Source: Octopus sinensis
Taxonomy: Eukaryota
Reading direction: 5' to 3'
NCBI RefSeq assembly: GCF_006345805.1
Contig: NC_043000.1
Span: forward strand, 118,978,001 to 119,042,000
Length of the DNA: 64,000 nucleotides
Position numbers and translations under genes: made by a program. A model generated the notes under the pieces. The model ran no database searches, was not told the origin of the DNA, and saw only the letters and a list, made by a program, of their open reading frames with translations. Shown here one piece after another: positions 24,315 through 35,929 of the stretch; position 1 is the first letter of the stretch, and each line of letters opens with the position of its first letter.

Positions 24315-27300
24315 ATGGATTGCATTTTTGTTGGTTGTTTAAATGTGCGCGGCCTGGGATCAAGCTGGAAGCAAGGTCGCTTCCTTAATGATATCAGGTC
24401 GCGTAATTTGGATGTTATTGTTGCTACAGAAACCCGGTTAGAGGGGCCAAAAGGTCTACTCCCGCTGTTTGACGGCTACGAGAGTTTTTTCTCTCCGGCC
24501 AGTCCTACAGGCGGGGGTGGGGTGTTGGTCCTATTAAAAAGAAACCGGGTTTTTGAGAAAAAGTTATTTTTTTCAGACCCAGAAGGTAGGCTGGTCGTCA
24601 TGGATTTGACGTTCAGTAGCTGTAAAGTTATCAGACTGGATGCAATTTACACACCCAACCATAAAGGGCAAAGTGATTATTTTCGAGAACTGGAAAACTT
24701 TCTTGGTACTTCGCATTCATTAGTTATGCTAGGAGACTTTAACACAATTTGCAAAGCGGATGTAGATTGTGTTGGCTCGCGTCCAGATAGAAAAGGTAAC
24801 ATTGGCTTCCTGGAACTGCTAAGCCGCTTTGAGCTAGCAGATCCTTATAGGTTGGAATTTCCGAACGCTCCATTGTGGACATGGTCAAACAGCGACGGAT
24901 CTTCCAGGTCATACATAGATAGGATACTAATTAGAAAAGTAGACAGAAAAATAGCTAAGTGTCCACAGTTTTACCTGGTCAGCTACAGTGATCATAAAAT
25001 GGTCACCTGTAAGCTTGACATAGATAAGGTTAAAAATAGAGGCTCCGGTTACTGGAAACTTAATACGTCCCTTTTGGCGATTAAGGAGTACAGAGACCGG
25101 ATTAGGACTATAATTCAGAGGGCGCTATCTGGTGCCATCATTAATAACAAATGGTGGTATGCCCTCAAGCGAGCCATCAAATTCGAGTCTATTAGATATA
25201 GCATAGGATTAGTGGCTAGAGAGGCTAGGAGGGAATCTACTCTAGTTAGGGAATTAGAGGAAGCCTTGAAATCTGGCTCTGCGGTTCAGGTGGCGGCCAA
25301 GAGACTGGCGTTAAACCAGCACCTCGAGGCCAAACACATGGGCTGCATTGTCAGGGTTAGGATCCGCGCAATGGGTTGTGAAGGAATCAACGCTGTGAGA
25401 TGGGCCCGAGTGGTGGAAGCTCAGCGTGGTAACGACGCCACGATTCGATCTATGACGAACCAACAAGGTGAGTTGATAAACGAGCCCGAGGAGATGTATG
25501 AGGCCTTTCAGGAGCACTTCGCTCAGCTTTTCGGTGGGTGCGGCGGACTGGATAGGAGGAGGGCCTTTACGGACCTCCTCGACGGGCTGCCGCGCTTATC
25601 GGGGCGAGATGCGGAGGACTGTGAAGGGCCAATCACGCCTGGGGAGGTGGTTGAGGCGATGGCGGACTGCGGCGCGGGCAAGGCGCCGGGTTTAGATGGT
25701 CTACCCTATAAGTTATATAAGAGTATGCCAGACTTGTTCGGGCACCTACTGGCGGAGGTCTATGCGAACTGGAAGCAGAACGGGTTCATACCCAGATCTG
25801 TGCGCCGGGGAGTAGTGACACTCGTCAGAAAGGACCCGAGCAAGGAGGAGTGCATTGATAATTTCAGGCCCATCACTCTGCTAAACACAGAGTTGAAGAT
25901 TTTGGCCAAAGTGTTATCGAAAAGATTGGCGCGTGTCGCGGATGGTTTGATCGGGGAGGCAGACATGTGCCGTTCCCGGCAGAACCATTCAGGATAATCT
26001 CCATCTTATGCGGTACACTATAGAGGGGTTTAATAGTGATTTTAGCAAGGGTGGGGCACTGGTCCATTTAGACCAATCTAAAGCATTCGATAGGGTCGAC
26101 CATCGCTACCTGGTATCTGCCCTGGCACAGTTCGGGCTGGGCCTAGGCTTCCTCAGGTGGATTATCCAAATTTACGACAACATCGACTCGGTAGTTCGGG
26201 TGAACGGCTTCTTGTCGAAGCCGTTCAACATCAAGCGCTCGGTTCGTCAAGGGTGTCCGCTCTCCCCGCTTTTGTACGTGATGGCTCTTGAGCCATTACT
26301 GCGAAAACTGAGCGGCATCCCGAGACAGCCAGGTAGTGGAAAATCGGTGTCAGCGTACGCGAATGACATCACCATCATCGTAACCGAAATGGATCACCTA
26401 CGTAAAGTAGGCAAGGCCATACAGGTTTACGAGACGGTGACAGGAGCAAAAGTTAATCGTGAAAAGTCAGTCGGCTTGTAACTCGGCACCTGGAGAGGCA
26501 AGTCGATGCCTCCTGACAGCGTCGTAGAACGTTGGACGGAGGGTCCGATTAAGTTGCTAGGGGTTTGGTTCGGTCCTGACCTCCAAATAGAGAAGAATTG
26601 GGGCGAGGTATCGAGCAGGGTGGCTGCAGTAACCAAGACCTGGTCTTGGCGGTGGCTATCCCTGAAAGGGAGGGCGGAGGTAGCCAATGTGTTTATCGCA
26701 TCGGTTATCACCTACCGCCTTTCCGTCGTTCCTTGCCCTGATTCGTGGTTGATCAAGTTGGAAAGACAGCTCTTCTACTTCTTGTGGAAGGGCGGGAAAC
26801 CACTTGTGAAACGCTCTACTTGCTGTCAACAATCGTTAAAGGGTGGGCTAGGGATGCCTTGGTTGATGATGCGCAGACATGCGCTGAGGTTAAGACATCT
26901 GTGGCTCTACCTGGATGGTGAACGGGTGTGGTCTCCGCTAGCAAAACTGATGTTTCCCAAGTTCACTAGTTTCGGTGGATGGGAAACCTGGCTGAATCGT
27001 AGATCGAAACTGGGCACATGGTACACGGAGTGTCGCAAGGCTCTCCTGCTATCCCGTCGATCGTGCAACGCCTGCGGTGGGGGTTCCACCACATTCTTCT
27101 ATAGAGGGTTGGTAGAGGCGGAATGTGAAGATACCTTGGGGGAAACCCTAGGTCTCGACGATAATCAGCTGGCCAGTCTGTTCCGACGTACGTTCGAGCC
27201 GAAGACACTGGACAACTTCCAGAAGTCTCTGGCATGGCAATGCTACAGAGGAGCTCTACCTGTTCGGAATAAACTCGCAAGGCACGGTGGCCAAGACAGT

Positions 27301-27708
27301 CCGATATGTCCAAGATGCGAGCGGGATAGGGAAACCGTCCCGCACGCTATTGTTCATTGTTCGGTCGTGTCTGAGGTGTGGGTTTATGCCGAACAGCTGT
27401 TGTCAAGCACACGAAGAGTACAGCTGTCGACTGAGTCTATTACAAAAATTGACCCACCAGATTTCCTCGCGAAAGAAGGTAAGAATTGTTTTCTCGTTGT
27501 AGTAGCAATTGCGAAAGAGGTGATATGGAAGACGAGAATGAAAAGTTTACGGTCAGGCAAGTTCATCTCCGGCCCTGGTTTGATGAATTACTTCATCTTT
27601 CACCTGAAAAGGAAGATATGGCTGGAGAGAAAATGCCTGACAAAGAGAGTGTATGAAGAACGATGGAAAGATGTAGCACGAAAGTTGCGAGTGGATGATA
27701 CCACATAA
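24315..27708 (+). pseudogene. ORF2 of a Tx1/L1-clade LINE: APE endonuclease + RT + C-terminal Cys-rich domain
   Basis: LNVRGL, GDFN, SDH; KAPGLDG, RPITLLN, DQSKAFDRV, QGCPLSP, YAND(D); CPRC...HAIVHC; frameshift near 25960 and TAA at 26479. Confidence 0.92.
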
Positions 27709-28109
27709 ATGTAAAACTAGACGAAACCAAAGTATCAGTGGGGAGCGGGGCTCGTGGGGTCCGAGCTAAACCCGCTCCCACTCCATCCGTAATGTCTTCC
27801 GGTCTGTTCCCCATTCGATTTTTTCTATTTTTGTAATTTTTGTAAATTTTTAAATTCGCCTTTTTTGTAAACCCATTCGTATATCTGTCCCCACATCAGA
27901 TTGTATTGTCCCCTCTATGTTCGCCCCTTGTGAGTAATAATAAAACAATTCCAGTCTGTTATATATTTTGAGTATTGTTATCAATAGCGATATCAAGATA
28001 TAACTTTGTATTTTGCATTTTATGTGTAGATGTATATATATAGATGTACACATATATATACACATATATACGTGCACTAGCACTATGACCCAGCAACGAT
28101 GGGTCTTTA

Positions 28110-28117
28110 ATGCTAGT

Positions 28118-28150
<33 letters not shown>

Positions 28151-28216
28151 TATATATATGTGTGTGTATATATGTATATATGTGTGTAAATATATAAATA
28201 TATATATATGTATATG

Positions 28217-28249
<33 letters not shown>

Positions 28250-28278
28250 GTATGTATATGTATATGTATGTATATATG

Positions 28279-28309
<31 letters not shown>

Positions 28310-28520
28310 GTATGTATATGTATGTATATATATATGTGTATATATATATATATATGTATATATATGTATATATATATATGTATATATATATGTGTATATA
28401 TATATGTATATATGTATGTATATATATATGTGTGTATATATATATGTATATATATGTGTGTATATATATATATATGTATATATATATGTGTGTATGTATA
28501 TATATATGTATTTTTATAAT
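28110..28520. repeat. (TA)n/(TATG)n compound microsatellite
   Basis: Low-complexity tract. Confidence 0.95.
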
Positions 28521-28529
28521 TTTTTATAT

Positions 28530-31500
28530 TTTATCTAGTTTCAGCTCACGAGCTGTGGCCATGCTGGGGCACCGCCATTTGGTTTGCTACATGATTTTAC
28601 TTCACGAATGCTTTTTAGCAACTGCCATTTGGTGCAAGAGAGAGTTCGATGCAGCTGCCCTCATCTGCACCTCCTGCCGAGAAGTTGGTTCATCCGAGAC
28701 ACCTGACAGGAAGAGATCCAGTACTACTTTAAAGACATCCGCATCCAACCCATGCAGGTCCCTCAGGTTCTTCGGGAGGATATTGAAGAGCTGTGGGTCT
28801 CTGAAGCCCAGGCTATCACAGTATCTTGTCCTACATCTTGATGGCAAATTTGGAGTCGTTGGCACCACGCAGTGGCGCCCAGTTCTGGCATTTGTGTAAC
28901 TCTCGATGCCAAAGTTTGGGACAAGTCCTTCCAGGATCTTCCAGATGTGTATTATGGCATATCTTTCTCGCCTACGCTCCAACGAATAGAGTTTTAATCT
29001 CTTGAGTCTTTCCCAGTAGCTTACATGCCGCACAGAAGCTATCTTCTTCGTTTAGCTTCATTGGATCGCCTCAAGTTCTGTGATCAACTTGACACTGGAT
29101 GGTGACCATAGCTGAGAGCAATAGTCAAAGTGGCTTAGGACAAGTGTCCTCCAGAGGACCATCGTGGTTTCTTGTTCTCTTGTTCTAAATGTTCAAAGAA
29201 TCCATCCGGCCAACCGTTTACATTTCATTGCGAATTTAGCAACATGTACATGAAAGGTTGCGTCATCACTCATGTAAATACCCAGGTCACGCACTGATTG
29301 TGCCTCTGGGATTGCAATCCCTCCAGGTCCAGTGTATTCATTGGGTATTGCATTTAGTCTTGCATGCTGATAGCATAAAGCATGAAACTTTTCAGCATTG
29401 AACTGCATGCTATTCTTTTCAGCCCACTTGTATATTTTGTCCAGCTCACATTGCAGGTGCTTAATGTCTTCAGGGTTCTGTATTGCCTGTGAAACTTTTG
29501 TATCATCTGCATAACTTTTGATCGTGGCTCTCTGCGAGGCTGGGGGCATGTCTGAGAGGGCCATTATGAGCAGTAGTGGTCCCAAAACAGTGCCCTGCGG
29601 AACACCGCTCACTATTTGCGTGTTAATGGAAGTGGCCTCAATGGCTACTACCACCTGAATTTTATCCTTCAGAAAGTCATGAAGCCATCCTCCCAATTTT
29701 CCAACTATGCCAAGATCACGCAGTTTGTGACATATCATTCCATGATCGACTTTATCAAAGGCCTTTGCAAAGTCGAGATATATCACTTCCACATTTGAGT
29801 GGTTGAGCAGTCGTTTCAGCACCCAGTCATAGTGTTGTAGGAGCTGAGTTAAGCAGCTTCTTCCTGGTCGGAAACCATGTTGGGTGTCAGGCAGCAAGTC
29901 ATTTTCTTCAAGGAAGGTGATTAGTTTCCTTCTGACTATTCGTTCCATGACCTTGCTGATGTGTGAGGTGAGAGAGATAGGTCTGTAGTTCTTGGCCTCC
30001 GCTCTGCTACCTCCTTTATGAATAGGGCATATTTTACCTTCCTTCAGTTTTCTTGGAAGTTTGCCAGCTGCAAGTAAGCTCTGAAAGAGGAACTGCAGTG
30101 ATCTTGCTAGGACTCTCTTACATACTTTTAGGAGGATTGCCGGGAATCCATCGGGGCCAGTAGCTGAGTTTGTTTTCATTTCATCTATAGCCTTTATTAC
30201 ATCGTCTTCCTTTATATTGATGTAATCAATCATCGCTGCCTCTGATTCTATATCTGCAGTGGTAAAGAAGTCAGTTGGATTGCTGATTTGGAAATGCCCA
30301 AGGGGTGGAGTGAAAACACTCTTGAATTGCTCATTTAGTATTTCACTTACCCTAATTGGATTTCCTGTGAGTGTGCCATCCTTTTCAAGGAGTGGCCCTA
30401 TCCTACAGTTCACCGTAGCTGTTTCTTTGGCATACCTGTAGAAAGCTCTGAGGTTAGATTTTATGTTGTCTATAGCCCAGGCTTCTTTGTCTGCTCTTTC
30501 CTTTTCATGGGAGAGTTGCAGACAATTTTCAATTTCCAACAGTTTTATTTTCAGGCGGGACTTTTCACTGCTTTCAATTTGTTTGTTTAGGCGATTTGAA
30601 ACTTTTGTACGCCGTCTCATTAGAATTTTCCTCTCTCTGGGGATTTCGTTCTTGTGTACAGTGGCCTCTCTCTCTGGGACACATTTGTAGCATATGGCTT
30701 GCATTAAATACATGAATTGTTGGAGTTTCATATCGATGTCTGGTGAGGAGAGACATTCAGGCCAGTTTTGTTTGAGGATCTCTTTCTCAATTTGTTTCCA
30801 GTTTGCCTAATGGAAGTTCAAGCTGGAAAGATTCTGAGAGTTTCTTGTAGGCTGCATGTCCATGCTTTCCTTTGGCCCGTACATGGTCAGCTCTACCATG
30901 TTGTAATCCGAGAGTAGTGTCGGTGTCACTTTCACATTATGGATGAGATCCATATTATTTGTGAAGCAGAGATCCAGTATGTTTCCTGCCCTGGCTGGTT
31001 GGAGTATTACTTGCTCCATGTACAGGGTGTTGATAAGGTTCAGGAGAGACCTCGCCTGTCCTCGTTCACATCATGTCATTCCTGGGAGAGAAAGGCCCTC
31101 GGGCCATCTGACATTGGGTAGATTGAAGTCTCCCATAAGAAGTACACTTATGTGTTGTTCTAATGTGACTAGAACTTCTTCTATTTTTATAAGGCAGTCT
31201 TCAAACTTGCCTACATGGCTTGGGGCATCTGGAGGGCGATATGTAGCACACACAACTACACCAAGTTGCCTTATATGAACAATTAGTGTGTCACACACCG
31301 AGTTTGAGTATGAGAAATGGCCCTGGGTGTGAGATCCTCACTGATGTACATAGCAACTCCTCCATGACTCCTTTCGTTTCTGTCGGTCCGTAGTACAACA
31401 TACTGTGGTATGTGTAATTCCGCATCTGCTATGTTCGGTTTCAGGTGTGTTTCCGTAAGTGCTATGCATAAGGCTTGATTGCATGCAACAAAGTCTGTCA

Positions 31501-32460
31501 AGAACGGGATTTTTGTCCTGTTACTGAGTGTTTGCAGTCCTCTGATGTTCAGTAGGAGCATCGAGGTGAGGTGTATGCTGTTGCCGGCGGTGTCCACCTT
31601 GGGTCTATTTGCTGTGGCTGTCTTGTATATTGTGGATAGTCCCATCTGCGAGTTTGAGTTTGATGGAGCCAGGTTAGCTGCTGTACAATCTTTTGTGCCA
31701 TGCACAAAAAAGATTCTTGTTCAGCAGCTTCCCTTTCAATAACATGTTGGCGGTTTTAGCACGCACCACATCTGCGTACCTCCATTTTGGGCAGGTGGTG
31801 CGGGGTCCATTCCTTTTCCTTTTGGTAGTTGGTTTCTGACCTGTTTCGACTTTATGTGGCAGGGTCTTTGATGTGCAAAACGGCAGTCTGCACCTTCCTC
31901 TCCATGCCAGCAGACACCTTTCATGTAGAATTTACATATTCGTGTGCGCTGTCTGTTTCTATCCTTTTTGGTACATGGATAGTCAGGTTTGCTTCTATCC
32001 TTGGCTGTTTCATCTTTTGGTTTTGTTTGAGTTTTAGTTTTTCCTTCTTTGGCTGTATCTTTTTTGGCTCTTTCATCTCCATGGCTTTTGGTGCTGGTAG
32101 GAGCACTTACACTTGGGTTTAATTCCCGTGAAGGTTTCTCACTTAAATCTTCTACCTGGGTGCTTACCAAGTGGGGGTGACATCTTTCATCAGCACCCGT
32201 GTCTCCATCCTTGCCATCTTTACTTTGTTCGTTGTCAAAGATGGCATCAAGCGTGCCACTGTGAGATCTTATGAGTGCATAGGAGCGTATAAACGCCTGC
32301 TTTTTTCGCTCTATCTTTTATATCCACTGCTCTTTAGCGCAGCTGTAATTATGTTGTTCGGATTATCTCCGTCGGCGCATTACCAGGCTCTCAGGAACAA
32401 CGCCAATTCATTACTTTTCCAGGCTCTGGACATTTTTGATATTTTATTTATCTATCTATC
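28530..32460 (-). mobile_element. Near full-length CR1/Jockey-group LINE, family A (ORF1 with CCCH finger, EEP, RT), disrupted
   Basis: ORFs 31736-32170, 31071-31705 (LNIRGL, GDFN), 29193-30731 (YLDFAKAFDKV, GVPQG, YADD), 28602-29033; tail ggtgccccagcatggccacagctcgtgagctgaaac. Confidence 0.9.
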
Positions 32461-32991
32461 TAATTATATTAATTTATATTAATTTAATAGTGCGATAGAG
32501 GGTAGAGAAGAAATAGAGAAAGAAAGCGTCTATGTATTTAAAGAGAGATTGAGAGCTGAAAGAAGATAAGAAGAGAGTAATGAAGAGACAAGCAAAGGCG
32601 TGAGGGAGAGACGTGAAGAGACAGAGAGAGAAAGAAGTAATATTGATCAATGCCAATATCTAAAGATGTCGCAAATACTCTTTGGAAATCTATCAATGTA
32701 TATTTAAAAGAGAAAATTATCGCTTGCACGTTTCAGACACAGAAGTAAAGAAATGCTTTCTCTCTCAGAGGATATATTTTACAGTAATTCAGCAATGTTT
32801 TATAAAAGCAGGATTAAACGATTGTAGAAAATCTTTGCAGAGTCTTTCAAACATGATACATATTAATGATTCTTTAAAAGTAAAAAATACTTTTTAGCCA
32901 ACTTCATGTGATTTTCTCGGCGAAGATTAGTCTACCATATATACATATATATATGTATATATATGTATATATATGTGTATATATATATATG

Positions 32992-33068
<77 letters not shown>

Positions 33069-33105
33069 GTATATATATATATGTATATATGTATATATTT
33101 GTGTG

Positions 33106-33140
<35 letters not shown>

Positions 33141-33223
33141 GTGTATATATATATATGTATATATGATTAGTGAATGGAAGAAATGGAGTTGAACGAAGAT
33201 TGTACAGAATTCCTTTTATTACA

Positions 33224-33305
33224 TTCTACACATGTTTCAAAGGCCACAATTTTCCAAATTCTGATTAAATAAGGATACCATATTGCAGCTTTCTCTTCAG
33301 GAAAA
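33224..33305 (-). ncRNA. Type I hammerhead ribozyme, diverged copy (GUA)
   Basis: UUC-CUGAAGA-GAAAG..CCUUU-GAAA-CAUGUG-UA-GAA. Confidence 0.65.
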
Positions 33306-33365
33306 ACCAGGAATTACGTTGTTACATGTACATATGTATATATGTATATAAATATATGTGTGTGC

Positions 33366-33396
<31 letters not shown>

Positions 33397-33508
33397 TGTG
33401 TGTGTGTGCATATATATATGTATATATATATGCATGTATATATATGCATGTATATTTATGTATATATATATGTATATATATATGCATATGCATATGCATA
33501 TGCATGTG

Positions 33509-33539
<31 letters not shown>

Positions 33540-33798
33540 GTATATGTATATGTATATATATATGTATATGTATATATGTATATGTATATATATATGTATA
33601 TGTATATATGTATATTTGAGCAGTTGAATGAATTACCTTGTTATAGATAATTCGGTTAACCGATACCTGGGTAGCAAATTCACATCAGAGAAGACACGTT
33701 TGAAGTTACATGCTTTCGTGTGGAAATTTGTATGTTTTTTTTTAAATATAAATATATGGAAGAATGGAGTTGAACGACGAATTATCAAAATTCCATTA

Positions 33799-33881
33799 TT
33801 TTCGACATATGTTTCGAAGGCTGCATATTCCTAATTGCGAAGGAATAAGGAGTATATTATGCCGCTTTCTCATCAGGAAAA
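33799..33881 (-). ncRNA. Type I hammerhead ribozyme (GUC)
   Basis: Reverse complement of 34035-34117. Confidence 0.85.
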
Positions 33882-34034
33882 GCAAGGAACTTATGTCAAC
33901 ATCAAGATGCACAAATGACTTTTAGATGACTGCTCACATGGAGACCATAGTGATAATGATTATCACAATGGGCTCCGTGTGAGCAGTCATCTAAAAGTTT
34001 TTTGTGCATCTTGATGTTGACATAAGTTCCTTGC

Positions 34035-34117
34035 TTTTCCTGATGAGAAAGCGGCATAATATACTCCTTATTCCTTCGCAATTAGGAATATGCAGCCTTC
34101 GAAACATATGTCGAAAA
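34035..34117 (+). ncRNA. Type I hammerhead ribozyme (GUC), canonical core
   Basis: UUUUC-CUGAUGA-G..C-GAAA-CAUAUG-UC-GAAAA; palindromic stem III; predicted cleavage after 34112. Confidence 0.85.
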
Positions 34118-34164
34118 TAGAGGAATTTTGTTAATTCGTCGTTCAACTCCATTCTTTCATATAT

Positions 34165-34184
34165 GTATATATGTATATGTATAT

Positions 34185-34233
<49 letters not shown>

Positions 34234-34845
34234 ATATATATATATGTATAGCTATATATGTATATATATATATGTATGTATATGTATATATATATGTATA
34301 TGTATATATGTATATGTATATATGTATATATATATATATGTATATGTATATATGTATATGTATATGTGTATATATGTATTATGTATATGTATATATATAT
34401 ATGTATATATATATATATGTATATGTATATATATATGTATATGTATATGCATATATATATATATATATGTATATATGTATATGTATATATATATATAGGT
34501 ATATATGTATATATATGTATATGTATATATGTATATGTATATGTATAAATGTATATATATATATATGTATATATGTATATATATGTGTAAATATGTATGT
34601 ATATGTATATATATAAATGTATATATATGTATATGTATATATATATATGTATATGTATATATATATATGTATATATATCTGTATATATATGTATATATAT
34701 ATTTATATATATATGTGTGTATATATATATGTGTGTGCATATATATATGTATATATGTATGTATATATATATGTATATATATATATGCATAGGTATATAT
34801 ATATATATATGCATATGTATATATATATATGTATATGTATATAAG
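34165..34845. repeat. (TA)n/(TATG)n compound microsatellite
   Basis: Low-complexity tract. Confidence 0.95.
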
Positions 34846-35832
34846 CTATGCAGATGATACAAAAGTTTCACAGGCAATACAGGACCCTGAAGACACTAAG
34901 CACCTGCAATGTGAGCTGGACAAAATATACAAGTGGGCTGAAAAGTATAGCATGCAGTTCAATGCTGAAAATTTCAAGCTTTATGCTATCAGCATGCAAA
35001 ACTAAATGCAATACCCAATGAATACACTGGACTTGGAGGGATTGCAATCCCAGAGGCACAATCAGTGCGTGACCTGGGTATTTACATGAGTGATGACGCA
35101 ACCTTTCATGTACATGTTGCTAAATTCGCAATGAAATGTAAACGGTTGGCCGGATAGATTCTTTGAACATTTAGAACAAGAGAACAAGAAACCACGATGG
35201 TCCTCTGGAGGACACTTGTCCTAAGCCACTTTGACTATTGCTCTCAGCTATGGTCACCATCCAGTGTCAAGTTGATCACAGAACTTGAGGCGATCCAACG
35301 AAGCTACACGAAGAAGATAGCCTCTGTGCAGCATATAAGCTACTGGGAAAGACTCAAGAGATTAAAACTCTATTCGTTGGAGCGTAGGCGAGAAAGATAT
35401 GCCATAATATACATCTGGAAGATCCTGGAAGGACTTGTCCCAAACTTTGGCATCGAAAGTTACACAAATGCCAGAACTGGGCGCCACTGCGTGGTGCCAA
35501 CGACTCCATATTTGCCATCAAGATGTAGGACAAGATACTGTGATAGCCTGGGCTTCAGAGGCCCACAGCTCTTCAATATCCTCCCGAAGAACCTGAGGGA
35601 CCTGCATGGGGTGGATGCGGATGTCTTTAAAGTAGGACTGGATCTCTTCCTGTCAGGTGTCCCGGATGAACCAACTTCACGGCAGGAGGTGCAGATGAGG
35701 GCAGCTGCATCGAACTCTCTCTTGCACCAAATGGCAGTTGCTAAAAAGCATTCGTGAAATAAAATCATGTAGCAACAACTAATGGCAGTGCCCCAGCATG
35801 GCCACAGCTCGTGAGCTGAAACTAGATAAAAA
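34846..35832 (+). mobile_element. 5'-truncated CR1-group LINE family A
   Basis: SYADDT... through ORF 35197-35757 and tail; near-identical to the reverse complement of 28530-29520. Confidence 0.9.
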
Positions 35833-35929
35833 AAATACATATATACATGTATGTATATGTATATGTATATATATATGTATGTATATATATATATATGTAT
35901 ATATATATATGTATATATATATGATAAAC

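Larger units (their letters stand above)
18346..28116 (+). mobile_element. Non-autonomous Helitron-like element interrupted by the Tx1 array
   Basis: 5' TC at 18346 after A, followed by tttatatatataaaattgagaatgtgtgtctg; 3' hairpin gaccca-gcaacga-tgggtc (28087-28105), CTAG (28113-28116), then T. Linking the two ends into one element is inference. Confidence 0.55.
33752..34164. repeat. About 413-bp near-perfect palindrome (1-nt loop at 33958) of PLE pLTR-like sequence
   Basis: 33752-33957 is the reverse complement of 33959-34164 with a handful of mismatches. Confidence 0.9.

Noticed and set aside
32187-32193. Minus-strand CUGAUGA hammerhead half-core
   Set aside because: Lies in the LINE A ORF1 frame, and stem II does not close next to the core
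33752-34164. Arm mismatches as fossil A-to-I editing of the RNA template
   Set aside because: The mismatches include transversions; the two transitions in the 17517-18344 arms are too few to interpret
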